This document shows, piece after piece, positions 30,701 through 42,800 of a DNA stretch of 64,000 nt. Each line of letters starts with the position of its first letter. The stretch's first letter is position 1. The position numbers were made by a program, and so were the translations under genes. Origin of the DNA: a virus (Duplodnaviria; Caudoviricetes); IMG/VR virus record IMGVR_UViG_3300042691_005081, positions 1,607 to 65,606 of that record. One strand, written 5' to 3'. The notes beneath the pieces were generated by a model. The model searched no databases. It had not been told where the DNA came from and worked only from the letters and a program-made list of their open reading frames with translations.

Positions 30701-30885
30701 AACAAGGAACACAAAGACAAGTTCCTGTATATAAGAATGGAAAATTAGACCATTATCAATTAGAAGAATATTATGACCCATCAGCAAATGATGGTGTAGG
30801 TAGTCCTCCTTTAATACCTCTTAAAAATGGAAAATCTATTAAACCTAAAAATGGTTCAATTGTTAAATCTTATAAAAATCTATAA
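27775..30885 (+). CDS. Putative ejected cargo protein with glycine-zipper membrane segment
   Basis: GSMIGGGVGAGIGTAIGGPIGGAIG glycine zipper; GQSHDE...VEVERGE motif; repeated xxGG motifs. Confidence 0.6.
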   Translation: MRNQILKIAGVKDDKSFYALYPTEEAFMKKHGKAFKKAQFGFNAPGIPQEGYYMPQQQTMLQGPMNQSNNYYQNNNPFFTTNPGATSLNNPAVAAPETVGGGMSEAMPYIQAGTDVLQGLSMIKGQKNKVKQAKQNAMVTDVQAKAAESRDVDTRRQQQDYFGRKRNALMRPINGEELFPVNGVGTNVLAKNGTEIQNTYAPNTLYDDLGYEPLEDQVKQYQYGGSMFPFNMNSNQGNMFQYGDMATQLSNRFINQGGQQDAGSMIGGGVGAGIGTAIGGPIGGAIGKFAGSTIGGLIDTADKKIKKYNAQTDKNIGRITGQAFSQNLQEQNQSYMEDGGWVSNDWQPQVIAKFGELDAQDYYNFAHKDEFRAGGHLKSYTAPSERAMETYAMGGELKTHWGGEAETLSYNPYLPGQGETIMFRGQSHDESDGQGNTGIGITYGDNPVEVERGEPAVKLKDGGEENLTVYGNLMIPFGDGKGKKFKNYIAEISKGEAKQNKLIEKTTKELDGFTPLTSFDKLKMTSLEANMKGANMKLKSIAEKKQNAAYLQNAINDTAKEHGLVADDLAKGKIKQDKHAMKEYAEYGTTFPTAESGITTDDGKKITKAEKERLLKSGEYKIDPSNPKRIYKVKSKAATSEQKKSASAMDNIPKQSKDTKTGLYGGVTPEQFEEYKKKNAWFPDWDTFDPNDPEDVNNYAKAYNIEAEKRGSKARILPDKQTPGKTTLVGKQVTSAFLDDVKKETPASIESDYLEVEDEAVPTEPIPYKRNMLMDIYNQAFPYIRRMPDEQLDPRQLMGEMYGLSNNQLEPVQAQFYNPQLDVPFDISLQDQRNEVTAQSRAAQRMVGYNPAAQAMIASQAYEPLNKITGEEFRLNQAMKDKVYSGNRATLNDAQLKNLAIADQQYTRQALAKSNTKAIAQAALQSIGDKYVQNALENRKERIQSNLYPQFSFDSEGRAINTGQFSQFNIPTVGSKQGTQRQVPVYKNGKLDHYQLEEYYDPSANDGVGSPPLIPLKNGKSIKPKNGSIVKSYKNL

Positions 30886-30957
30886 CTAATTCAATTATAA
30901 AAAATTACTAGAATTAATTATTAATTTTGGTAATTCTAATTATTTAAATTAAATTTG
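30881..30957 (+). promoter_or_regulatory. Consensus Bacteroidota promoter with 28-bp upstream repeat element
   Basis: TATAACTAATTCAATTATAAAAAATTAC (30881-30908), TTTG 30926-30929, 20-nt spacer, TAAATTTG 30950-30957. Confidence 0.75.
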
Positions 30958-30993
30958 CTAACCTACATTTATAATGTATAAATACATAAGCTA

Positions 30994-33795
30994 ATGGCTT
31001 CATTTACAGACAATTTACAATACTTAACAAACTTTAATCCCTACAGACAACAAGTGCCACTTGATGAAATGAGGCAAGTTGGTATGTACAAACAAGCAAA
31101 GTATGAAGAAGGTGTACAAAGAATTCAAACAGCAATAGATAATATTGCTGGCCTTGATATAGCTAAAGATGTAGATAAAACATATTTACAATCAAAACTT
31201 AATCAACTTGGCAATAATTTAAAGACAGTGGCTGCTGGAGATTTTTCTAATTTCCAATTAGTTAATTCTATAAATGGAATGACTAATCAACTTGTAAAAG
31301 ATAGTAATGTTCAAAATGCGGTAGCATCCACATCTATATTAAGAAAAGAAAATCAAAGAAAAGAAAAAGCAATACAAGATGGTAAATCTTCTCCAGGAAA
31401 TGAATATTTTTTTAATAATCAAGTTGGAGAGTATTTAAATAGTTCAGAGATAGGACAATCTTTTAATGGTAAATACATAGAATACTTTGATATAGATAAA
31501 TTTGCTAAAGAAACATTTGATGCTGTAAAGCCTGATGAATATTCTTATGATCAAATTTATCAATTAGGTTCTGATGGAAGACCTATGAAAGATGGTAGAG
31601 GTAATCTTATTTATTCTCCTACAATGACTAGATTAGAAAAAGAGGGAAGATTTCCTCCTAAAGTTAAAGCAACGTTAGAACAAATCTTTTCAGATCCAAG
31701 AGTAGGTCAACAATTAAACATTACAGGTCAATACAATTATCGTGGGTTAGATACTAATCAACTTGTACAAAAAATTTCATCTCAAAGAGCTAGTGTATTG
31801 AGTGGATATGAAGATCAATTAAATGATCTAGTTCTTAAAAAAAGTATGGGTAAAGATGTGCAAGCTGACATTGATGTTATTGAATCAAAAATAGCAACAG
31901 TGAATTCTGCATATGACAGTTATGTTAATTTAGCTTTTGAAGATCCAAAAACTGTTAGAGGGTCTTTATATAAAGATGATGTGAATTCTAGGTACACAAC
32001 TATGTTTGGGCAGATGAAAGAAAAAACTCAAGTAATGGAAAACCCAGGTTGGAATCAAAACTTTAAACTACAACAAGAAGCTAATGAACAATCTAGATTT
32101 GCTCAAACATTACGTCAGCAAAAGATTGCTCATAAAGATGACATGGACTATAAGTATACTGCATTAGCACAAGCTAAAGAACTTGCTATAATTGCAGCCA
32201 ATGCTAAGGGTAAAGGTAAAACACTTGGTGGAGGTGATCTTGATGATGGTGCAGGACCTGGAGGAGATCCTACAGAACAAGCAGCTCAATCTGCAGCTAT
32301 TGAAATTATTCGTGTACAAAATGCTAAATTTGAAGAAGCTGCTAGTAATTTCTCTAATGCATCTGATGGATTTATGTGGGAAACTATTTTCTCAAAAATT
32401 CCTAAAAATGATGTTACTCTTAAAGGATTAATGAATAAAGGAATGAAACGTGATGATGCTATTTCATTAATGATAAATAATGCTGCTAAAGCAGCTGGCC
32501 AAAGCCCAGAGCAATATAAAACACATTGGGCAAATAGAGCAACTACGGAATATAATAAATTAACACCAGAAGAAAAAGCAGCACGGCCAATCATCTCAGA
32601 TACATATCATAAATATAGAGATAGTAAACGTATATTTGATAGTGAGTTTATTGTTAAGAAAAAAATTGATACTCAAAGACAACAAGAGCTTGGAGAAGTT
32701 GGTAAGAAGATTGCAATGACAGACTTCAAACCACAAACAATAACATGGCAAGATAAAAAATATACACTTACTAAAGATGATATATTAGATCTTGCTATAT
32801 ACAAAAAAGGTAATACAGGAATATTAAGTGAATGGTTTGGTGGAGAAGATGCCAGAGCTCTTAAACAAGATTCAAACATGGCTCTTTCTAGATTAACCAA
32901 AAGAGGTAAAGCAGCATTAGCAGAAGCTTATCTTAATGATGAAAATATGCAAAAAGATGAAGGATTTTATAATATTGTAAAAGGAGTAATGGATCTTCCT
33001 AATAGAATTAGGTATCAATCTGAAGGATGGGGAGGAACTACTAGAGATTGGTCTCAAGTTAAGAAAGCAGAAAATATAATGAATAATCAAGCTTATACAG
33101 AAGGGATTAAAAAATCAGCTGAAATTATACAACAACATTATAACATTGCTCCAAACAGAAATATTGATGTAATGACAGGAGATAATGAAATTGATAGAGG
33201 TACATTAGCTAAACTTAAACGTTGGGGTGCTGAGGCTGTAAATGGAGCAGGAAACTTATCTCCAGATTATGAAGACTTTAATGAAAGTTTATCTAATAAC
33301 CCTAATGAAAATAATATAGGTGCTCGTACTATTTTTGATGAAAACAATAACCCTATGGTTGAGGTAATATCTTATGATAGTACAGGTAAACGAAAAGCTG
33401 GTATTACATTACAACCTGATCAAGCTACTAAGATTGATATTGATCTAGGAACCTTGTATGAAAATAAAGAAGCTTCTGCAGCTAGAAATAAAATGAATTT
33501 TAATAATAATCAAACTTCTGCTGAAGATCCTTCACAGACATCTACATATATTTCTGGAGATTCATGGTATGATAAAACTGATTTTCCAGGAATGAAGGGT
33601 AATAAAAACTTTGATGTTCAAGCAAATATTGTATACAGTCGTGGAAAGTATTATCCATTTGTATATGTATCAGATGGTTCTAAACAAACTGTAAAACAAT
33701 TAAATGGCGATGAAAACTTAGAAAATTTATTAACAGCTCTTAAAACTGTAGTTACACCTACCTTTGCTAAAGGTTTAATAACAACACCAAACTAA
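30994..33795 (+). CDS. Large cargo protein preceding vRNAP
   Basis: 933 aa, helical; first gene of the three-gene giant-protein block typical of crAss-like phages. Confidence 0.6.
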   Translation: MASFTDNLQYLTNFNPYRQQVPLDEMRQVGMYKQAKYEEGVQRIQTAIDNIAGLDIAKDVDKTYLQSKLNQLGNNLKTVAAGDFSNFQLVNSINGMTNQLVKDSNVQNAVASTSILRKENQRKEKAIQDGKSSPGNEYFFNNQVGEYLNSSEIGQSFNGKYIEYFDIDKFAKETFDAVKPDEYSYDQIYQLGSDGRPMKDGRGNLIYSPTMTRLEKEGRFPPKVKATLEQIFSDPRVGQQLNITGQYNYRGLDTNQLVQKISSQRASVLSGYEDQLNDLVLKKSMGKDVQADIDVIESKIATVNSAYDSYVNLAFEDPKTVRGSLYKDDVNSRYTTMFGQMKEKTQVMENPGWNQNFKLQQEANEQSRFAQTLRQQKIAHKDDMDYKYTALAQAKELAIIAANAKGKGKTLGGGDLDDGAGPGGDPTEQAAQSAAIEIIRVQNAKFEEAASNFSNASDGFMWETIFSKIPKNDVTLKGLMNKGMKRDDAISLMINNAAKAAGQSPEQYKTHWANRATTEYNKLTPEEKAARPIISDTYHKYRDSKRIFDSEFIVKKKIDTQRQQELGEVGKKIAMTDFKPQTITWQDKKYTLTKDDILDLAIYKKGNTGILSEWFGGEDARALKQDSNMALSRLTKRGKAALAEAYLNDENMQKDEGFYNIVKGVMDLPNRIRYQSEGWGGTTRDWSQVKKAENIMNNQAYTEGIKKSAEIIQQHYNIAPNRNIDVMTGDNEIDRGTLAKLKRWGAEAVNGAGNLSPDYEDFNESLSNNPNENNIGARTIFDENNNPMVEVISYDSTGKRKAGITLQPDQATKIDIDLGTLYENKEASAARNKMNFNNNQTSAEDPSQTSTYISGDSWYDKTDFPGMKGNKNFDVQANIVYSRGKYYPFVYVSDGSKQTVKQLNGDENLENLLTALKTVVTPTFAKGLITTPN

Positions 33796-33815
33796 AAACA
33801 CCAAATTTAATAATT

Positions 33816-36800
33816 ATGCTTCAACCAGATAAAGAAAATTATATAAATAGAAAAGCAGTTTCTTTAGGTCTTCCAGTTACACCAATTGTTGGGGATGTAG
33901 ATTTTCAAAGAAATCAATCTGAACCAGGTCAAAGTATATCTGCCCTTGATATGTGGGATAGAGCATTAGCTACTCCTAGACATTTAGGTGTAGCAGATAT
34001 TCCATTGTCTTCTTTTTATATAGGTAATAGATATAAACAAACTTTACCTGGAACAGACTATGAAGAGATGGCTGCTAGTGGTCAGAGTGCTGGTGAAAGA
34101 TGGACCAATGGTTCATTAAAACTATTAGGTACTGCTGCTACTTCTTTTGTATCTGGTACTTTAGGACTTGTGAATGGTATAGGTGCATCTATTGCAGAAC
34201 AAAGACTTGCTTCTTTGATTGATAATGATACTACAAGAAGAATGGATGAGGTAATGCGAAATATGGAAGATTTTGCTCCTAACTATTATTCACATGAAGA
34301 ACAAAATGCTGAGTGGTATTCTACAAAAAATATACTTACAGCAAATTTTTGGTCTGATAAAGTATTGAAAAATCTTGGATACTCTGTTGGAGCTATAGGA
34401 GGTGGAGTTGCATGGGGATCTTTATTCAGATCTATTGGACTTACTAATAGATTAGTTCAAGCTGGTAGAGGAATGGAAGCTGCTACAGCTATTGAAACAT
34501 CAATGTCTGCTGTACCAAACATGCAAAAGCTTAATGCATTTGAAAGTGCATTAAACTCTATGGCACAAAAATATATTAAGTCTCCAATATCTGCTGTATT
34601 AAAAGACTCTGATAGAATTCTTACATCTACTATGGGTACATTTGGTGAAGCTTCTATGGAAGGTCTTCAAGGAATGAATGAATATAGAAAAAGTGCTATA
34701 GAAGAATACAAAAAAATATATGGAGAAGAACCTACAGGAGCAGCATTAGATAAAATCAATGAGTCTGCTGATCAAGTTGGTATGTATATTTGGGGAGCTA
34801 ACAGTCTTTTATTAACTGGTACAAACTACATTCAGTTACCAAAGATATTAGGAAGCTCAAGAAAAGCTGATAAAGCTTTAATCAATGAGATAACAAAAGA
34901 TGCTGAGACTGGTTTATATAAACAAGTAGTTCCAAAAACTACGTTTGGAAGACTTACACAAAGAGCTAAAGGATTAAGTCAAGTATTATTTGCTCCTTCA
35001 GAAGCATTTGAAGAAGGAATGCAGTCATCTATTCAAATAGGTGTAACTAATTACTTCCAACGTGCCCAAGAAAATAAACAAGATACTAAAGAATTCCTAA
35101 GCACATTAAGTGGGGCTATGGGTAATGTATTTGGTGAAGGTATTTATGAAACATTAACTACTAAAGAAGGACTAGAAAGTATTCTTATTGGTGGTATATC
35201 AGGAGGAATTCAACAAGGTGGTATTGTTGGTACATACAAAAATAAACAAGGTAAAACAAGACTGGGTATTGGTAAATCAGGAGTAATAGGTGAACAAGGT
35301 TTATTTGGCCTTGGTGGAGAAAGACAAGCTAATACTAAAGAGGCTATTGAAATTCTTAATAAAACAACTCTTGAGAAACAACTTAAAGATGGTGTTAAGT
35401 ATTTAGGGATAGGGATAGGTTCTCAAAAATTAAGACAGGCTGCAATTGCTGGTAATGATGTGCTTTCTGAAAAAGATTATGAAGCTGATTTTACACTTTC
35501 TTATTTGATGCCTAGAATTAAGTATGGAAAAATTGATGCTGTAAAAGAAGAACTTGATCTGTATAGAAATCAAGCAATGGATGCAGAGGGGTTTAGAGAA
35601 TTAGTAAGAGGAGGAATTGCTAATGAAAATGAAACCAATGCTCAATTTATAAATAGGATAGATAATTTACAGAAATTATCAAAAGATTTAGAAATATTAT
35701 ATGATAAAATAAATGATAAATATGAAAATGAGCTTAATAGTAAAGGAGAAATTAAATATTCTAGTGATGTAATAGATAAACTTGTTTATGCTGCTTCAAA
35801 AATTAGAGATTATGACAAGCGTATACCAGAAGTAAATAATTCTATTATTGGTTCAGGTGTTAATTCACAATCTTTTTTAAATGCTTTATTGTTAGAAGAA
35901 AATCCTAATGTTAATGATATTAAAGATGCATTACTCACTATTGATACATTAGATATAACTGATGATGAAAAACAAGATTTTAAAAATAGTTTATATGATT
36001 TAGCAGAACTTTCTTTAAGAAGAAAAGAAATGATTAATCAATATAATAGTATATTAAATACACCAGAAAATTTCTTAGATAAAGAAGAACCATCTGTAGA
36101 TAAAGATGGAAATATAATTCCTAAAGAAACCATTACAGTTAAAGTTAAAGATGGTAAAACAGGACAAGTAGTAGATAAAAAAATCGAAATAGGTACTGAA
36201 TATTTAGTAGGTAGAGTTGTTAAATATGATAAAGATGGGAATGAAGTTATTCAAGCTCCTACACTTAGTATACTAGCTGATAATGGTGATGGTACATATA
36301 AAATTAAAGATGCTAATGGTATAAGAAATGTATCTGCACAAGTTCTTGAAGATTATCAATTATCTAAATTATCTGATATAACATCTGATAAAAAGAAAAA
36401 CTATGTATATGTAAATAGAAATAATCTTTTTTCAAACAAATTAATAAAAGATATTAATGGTAATCCTGTTATAGGAAGACTTGAATACTCTTCTAATGAA
36501 GATAGACTTACATTTGTATATAAAAATGAAAAAGGAAAAGTTATAAGAAGAGAGGTTTATAATAATATGTTTAAAGCTAAAGAAGGTTTTAAAGAAGCTA
36601 TTATTACACAAGTAGGACAAGTTACTGCTGAAGCTGCAAAAGCTACAGAAGAGTTTGTTAATGCTCCAACCACTATATCTCAAAGATTACAAACACGTAA
36701 TAATATTATATTAAACTTATATGAAAAAAGTACAAAAAGATTAGATGAGATAACTAAAAAACTAAACACTAGTAAAGAAAGAGCAGAAAAAGCTGTTGAA

Positions 36801-39800
36801 GCATTAGAAGATCAACTTGCAAAAGAAAGTCTTACAAAAGCAGGAAAACCTAGAAAGAATCAAACTCCTGCAATGAAAAGGATAATTAATGAACTATCTT
36901 CTTTAAGAGCTACATTAATTAAAGAAAATGAACAATTACAAAGTGAAAAAGAAGAATTAGAATCCAACATTCCATTTTTTAAAGATTTCTTAGATAATCT
37001 TGAAACTCTTCCTGAATCAGGAAGAGAGATGATTAAATTATTAAAATCTGATATTAACACTCTTGAAGATTTAATTGATATAACTAATAAAGCTATTAAA
37101 GATAATGATAGTTTATTAAAACAAATAGAAGATGCTTTAATGAAAGCTCTTAGTATATTTAATGATTATATTAAAAGACTTCAGGAAGATAATCCAGGTG
37201 TTCCATTATTTATAGATGATTTAAGAACCTACCTTGAAAATACATTAAAAGATAAAGGAATAGAAGAACTTAATAATATTTCTTCAGAGTTTTTAGCAAA
37301 AGCAGTAGAACTAGATTCCGATATAAATGACTTCTCACAAGAATTAAAAATACCTTCATTAAATAAAAAAGCAGAAGAACTTGTTAAAGACATTAAAGAT
37401 TTAAAAGAAGGACTTGATAAACTTATTAGTGAACAAATAGCTAAGAGAGAAATATTAAATGCTTTTGAACAATTTGCAGAAGATGTAAAGAGACAAGAAG
37501 AAGAAGCTAAACAAATGCAACGTAATGTAACATTAGGGCAAGAACTTCTTGGTACATTAACAGGTAGTGTTCAAAACTTCTTTGGCACAAAACCATATGA
37601 ACAAGAAGCTAAGAAAGATAAACTTGCTGTTGTAGGAAGTACTAAACCTACAACAGAAGATAGTGAAGAAAGACCTTTACCTAGTTATGCATCTAGAGTT
37701 AATCACTTTGGAGCTAGAGTGTCTGATATGGACAACGTAGATGATTTAAGAGGAACAATTGTAACAGCTGAAACAGAAGATCAAATACTTTCAGGACTAG
37801 TAGATAACTTCTTAAATGAAGACACAAGAGCAATTACTCCAGCTAGAAGAGAAGAGATTAAGAAAGAAGTTATATTCTTAGTTGTAACAGAGAATGGACA
37901 ACTTGTAGATAAAGATGGAAAACTTATTCCTGGAAAATCTGCTGAAGAAACACAGGAAGCTTATAACAAAAGACTTTATAATAATGCAATATTTCAAGTG
38001 TTTCCTTCTGCCAGTCTTACATCTAAGATAAAAGAAAAAGATGGAAAAGAAAAAACAGTTTCTATGTTTAGAGATACTGTTCCTGGATATGAAAGAGATA
38101 GTTTAAAAGAACAATACAAAGCATGGAGAACTACGCAATTAGCTAATAAAACATTAGATAAAAAAGGACAGAAGTTCAAAACATCTTTTGGTAATTTAGA
38201 GTTTGTTAAGGTGTGGGATGATGCAAAGAAAGAATTTGTTAATAATACTGCTACAAGAACTTCTGCACAAGATGCTGGATTATTAGCTAAGGGTATTCTT
38301 AACAGAGATGCTGTCATCACTGTTGCTACAACTAATGATGATAAGTCTGAAGGAAGTGTTTCTTTTAAATCTCCTAAAGGTAGAGTGTTTTTACGTGTTC
38401 CTGGACAAGGACTTGTCAGATTACAGAATAAAAAATTCACTAAAGAAGAAGCAGAAACAATATTTAGTGCTATGTTAAACTTAGCAAAAAATGCTTCTGA
38501 AAATGGTTCATTATATGGTGGTGAAAAAGAAGAAGTTAATAAAAATATTTTAAACTGGTTAAAGAGTGTTGTATATTGGGGAATTGCTAAATACCCTGAT
38601 GGTACAAGAAAAGATGCTGGGTATAATAATATTTGGTTTGAAGATGTATTAATAGATGGTAAACAAGTTAAGAAGTTATTTTTATCTGGTTTACAAAAAG
38701 AATCTCAAAAATATTTTGATTTTACACCTCAAGGTTTAACTAATAGTAAACAAGATATTCTTGGATTATTAACACAAATGTATGCTAATACAGATGCTAA
38801 AAAAGTAAACATTGATAATTATAATGCTCCATACGATGAAATATTAAGATTTGATAATTTAGGAAATCCTGTTACAAGAACATGGCCTAATTATCAAACA
38901 TATTTATTATCTGCAAACATTGTAGATAAAGATGGAAATGTAATAGGTAAAAGAACAGGAAAAGAAATTCCTCTTACAACACAAGTTAGACCTCTTACAT
39001 CACCAGAAGATACAAATAGAAAAGGAATATATTTCACATTAAACAGTTCAGTGGAATACACTGTACCTGCTGCTCCTGTAGTAGTTGCACCAGCACCTGT
39101 TGTTTCTACACCAACTGCTCAAGCTCCTGTAGCTGCACCAGTTGCTAAACAGCAACAACCTACAGCTTCTGGGCAATATGATTTAAATGGAACAGCAGAA
39201 AATAGTATTACTATAGGTGGTGGCTCTGATGGTAAGGGTGGTACTAGAAAAATATATAATTTAACTTTTACATTTGATATTAGTAAAATATCCGATTATT
39301 TAAAAGGATTAACAGATTTCACTAGTCTATATAATGATAAAGGTGTATTAACAACAGAGTTTTTAACTGTATTAAAAGAAAATAAAGCAGTAACATTTTC
39401 TGATGTAGAAGGAAATACAAATGGTATTATGCAGTTTAAAGCTGATGTACCTAATTCTTTTGAAGGTATTGCTTTAAATAAAATATTTGAAGCTGTTGCT
39501 CCACAAATTGTAGCAGAAATGATTCCTGTTCAACCAGCAATAGCTGATGAAGCTCCTGTAGTTGAAGAAGAAATAGTTACTCCTGAAGAAGTAATATCAA
39601 CAACTGAAGTTTCTGAAGATGAAATTAATATAGATGATTTAGATACTGATGATGTAGATCCAACTCAAATGAGGGTTGCTCAACTTATTGATAAACTTGA
39701 TCAATTTAAACCAGAACAATGGAGTAAAGTGGAAGAAGCAATACGTAAAATGCTCCCTAATATTCCTTTCTATAGAGTAAAAAATATAATTAAAGGTACT

Positions 39801-42800
39801 AATGGTAGACAAGCCTGGGGTATGCTTCATGATGCTGCTATATACGTATATGAAGGAGCAGAAGAAGGAACAGCTTATCATGAGGTGTTTGAAGCTGTAT
39901 GGAAAATGTTTGCTGGACCAGCTCAGAAACAAGCTATAATTAATGAGTTTAAATCAAGAAAAGGATCTTTTACTGATAGAGAGTCTGGTAAAATTATAGA
40001 ATATAAAAACGCTACTGCATATCAAATCAAAGAACAACTTGCTGAAGAGTTTAGAGATGCAGTTCTTAATGATAAGTTAGGTAAACCATTAGAATCAAAA
40101 ACTTTAATAGGTAGATTGTTCTCTCAATTGATTGATGCCATTAAAGCTTTTTTTACAGGAGAGAATGCTCAACGTAATACTAAAGAGTTATTTAATAATA
40201 TTGGTAATGGCTATTATGCACAATTTAATCCTTATCAAACACAATTATCTTATGCTAATAGAGGCATAATAGATATTGAAAATGCTCAAGCTAATGCTGA
40301 CTCTGAAATGAGATCAACAACAATTCCTGAGATTGAAATGCATGATATTATTCAACACATGACATTCTTAACATTGACTAAACTATCTCTTAATAACAAG
40401 AGTGTATTCACTGTTAATGAGCAAAAAGAATCTGAATTATATCCAGAACTTAAACTTAGTATATTAAAACTTCTTGCTAAACAAAACAAGTTAATAGATA
40501 AATTAGTAGTAGATGGTAAAACAACATTAGAAAAAGCTACAAGATTAAAAAATAATAATAAAACTTTATCTAGTAATATTCAGAAAGAATGGGAAGAAAT
40601 TAAAAAGAACCATAAGGCACATTTAAAAACATTTGATGTTCAGTTTGATGAGAATGATGAAGGATTATTAAATAGTGATGAAAATACTGGTAGAGGAGAG
40701 TTTGAGGCAGCTAATAAAATAGACTCATTTAGAAAAGCTAATGCTGCATTAAAACTTGTATTAAGTACACTTCCTGTTACACAAATAGTAGATGGGAGTA
40801 TAAATTGGTTTCCTTCTTCTATAGGAGGAGTTACACTTATTCCTGCAGAACAAATACACATTGATTTAAAAAGTAAACTACATAGCTCTATGGATATAGA
40901 AGACATGTTATTTGGTCTTAAAACAATGGCAGAAAACAATCCTAATTACAATGCTTTATTTAGAAGACTTACAGGTAATTCCGCTAGTGTAGGACTGGAT
41001 ATTAACACTATTGAAGAACATGATTTTCAATTAGCAACAGCATTATGGAAATCTATTAGTATGCAGAATCCTGATGTTATCACTGTATTTTTACAAGAAG
41101 ATGGGGATGTAGTTGTTAGTAATTCTACACTTAGTAGTGCAGCTAAATCAGCTAAAAAAGAAATGATTAATGATATAATATCTACACTAAAAGCAGATCA
41201 ATCTAAATATTTTAGATATGTACCAGCTACAGGTAGATATTATGCTAAAGATAACTTAAAGGCTCTTTCATTTGATGGTAGCACTTTAAAACCTTATATT
41301 GATTTTCTTAAATCTATTGGTATAAATTTTAATGAAAGAGAAATAGAAGATTTAAAACCAGACCAAATTACAGCATTTAAAAAATCAGTAAGTGATATTA
41401 AAAATGAACTTTCTAAAGTTGGAGATACTAAAATAGTAAAAGATGCTAACAATAATGATGTTGAAGAGGATGGTGGTATAAGAACGATTAATACTAAAAC
41501 ATTAAATATTGATGGAGACTTATTAAGACTTGCTATTGTAAAAGCTGTTATTGAAAATACAGAATTTCAATCTACATATTTTAATATTAATGGAGAACGT
41601 ACACAATCATTTATTGGTACAAATCTTATTAGTGCATTACACAATACCCTATCTAAATTAAAGAATATAGAAGAATTACAAAATGATGCTAGATATAAAA
41701 GGTTTGCTTATTTAGCTGCAAACAATGATGTATTTGTACAAGGAAGTCAAGTATTAAAGAAAATGTTTGATATAGTGGGAGTAGATAGTACAGGTAAACG
41801 TAGAGCAGGTACAGAAGAAATATTAAAACCTGTTATTATAGATGGAATTGTAGATGAAGAAACTGGTAAAAAAAGAGAAGCTTCTAAAGTTACATACAGA
41901 CAAAGACTTATACAAGAAATAAATCTTAACCTATCTGGTATATTTATGAACCTTGTTCCTGGGGATGCTTCATTAGAACATGCTATTAGAATGTATAATG
42001 CTAAAGATCCATTTGTATCAGAAGATGAACTATCTAATAAAAATTACTTAGACATATTCAAAGACTATTTTATTTCTGAAGTAGAACTTGTTAAAGAAAA
42101 TAGAAATACAGCAAAGGATAATGGTAAAGATTTACGTTTCTTTAAAGCTATTCTAGGAGAAGAGATGCACAAGAAAATTGCTACTAGAATTAAAAAGGAT
42201 ACTGATGCTGCACAATTATATGAAGATAATAAACAAGCTATAAACTCTGCAGTAGAAGAATTTATTAAAAAAGAAACAGCAGATACAGAAGCTTTATTAA
42301 GAACTTATGATATTATAACAACAGAAGATAATGTAGTTAAAGTAGACAAAGTAGATTTATTTAAAAAAGGAGAAACAGTTACACAAGCTGGTTTAAATAC
42401 AAAATTAAAAGCATTAACTATTAACTACATGATAGCTAACATAGAAATGCATAAAGTTTTATATTCAGATCCTTATCAATACAGTGATGAGCTTAAACGT
42501 ATTAAAAACTTTACATCTCCTGGACAACCATTAGTTCCTAGTTCACAAGCAATAGATGCTAGACTTAATGAGATTTATAACAAAGGATTTAAACCTGCTG
42601 ACATTGGATATACAGATATGACTCAAGATCATTTTAGATCTATAGCTTTACAAGATGTATTAAGTACAAATGAAAATATTGGATATGATGTTCCTTATGA
42701 AGAAACAGATGGTGGAGGATTAATAACATTAAAAGGAGCTAGAATATTTGCTTTAAGAGCTGGTACATGGACTGCTAATAATGAGAAGCAATATAGATTT

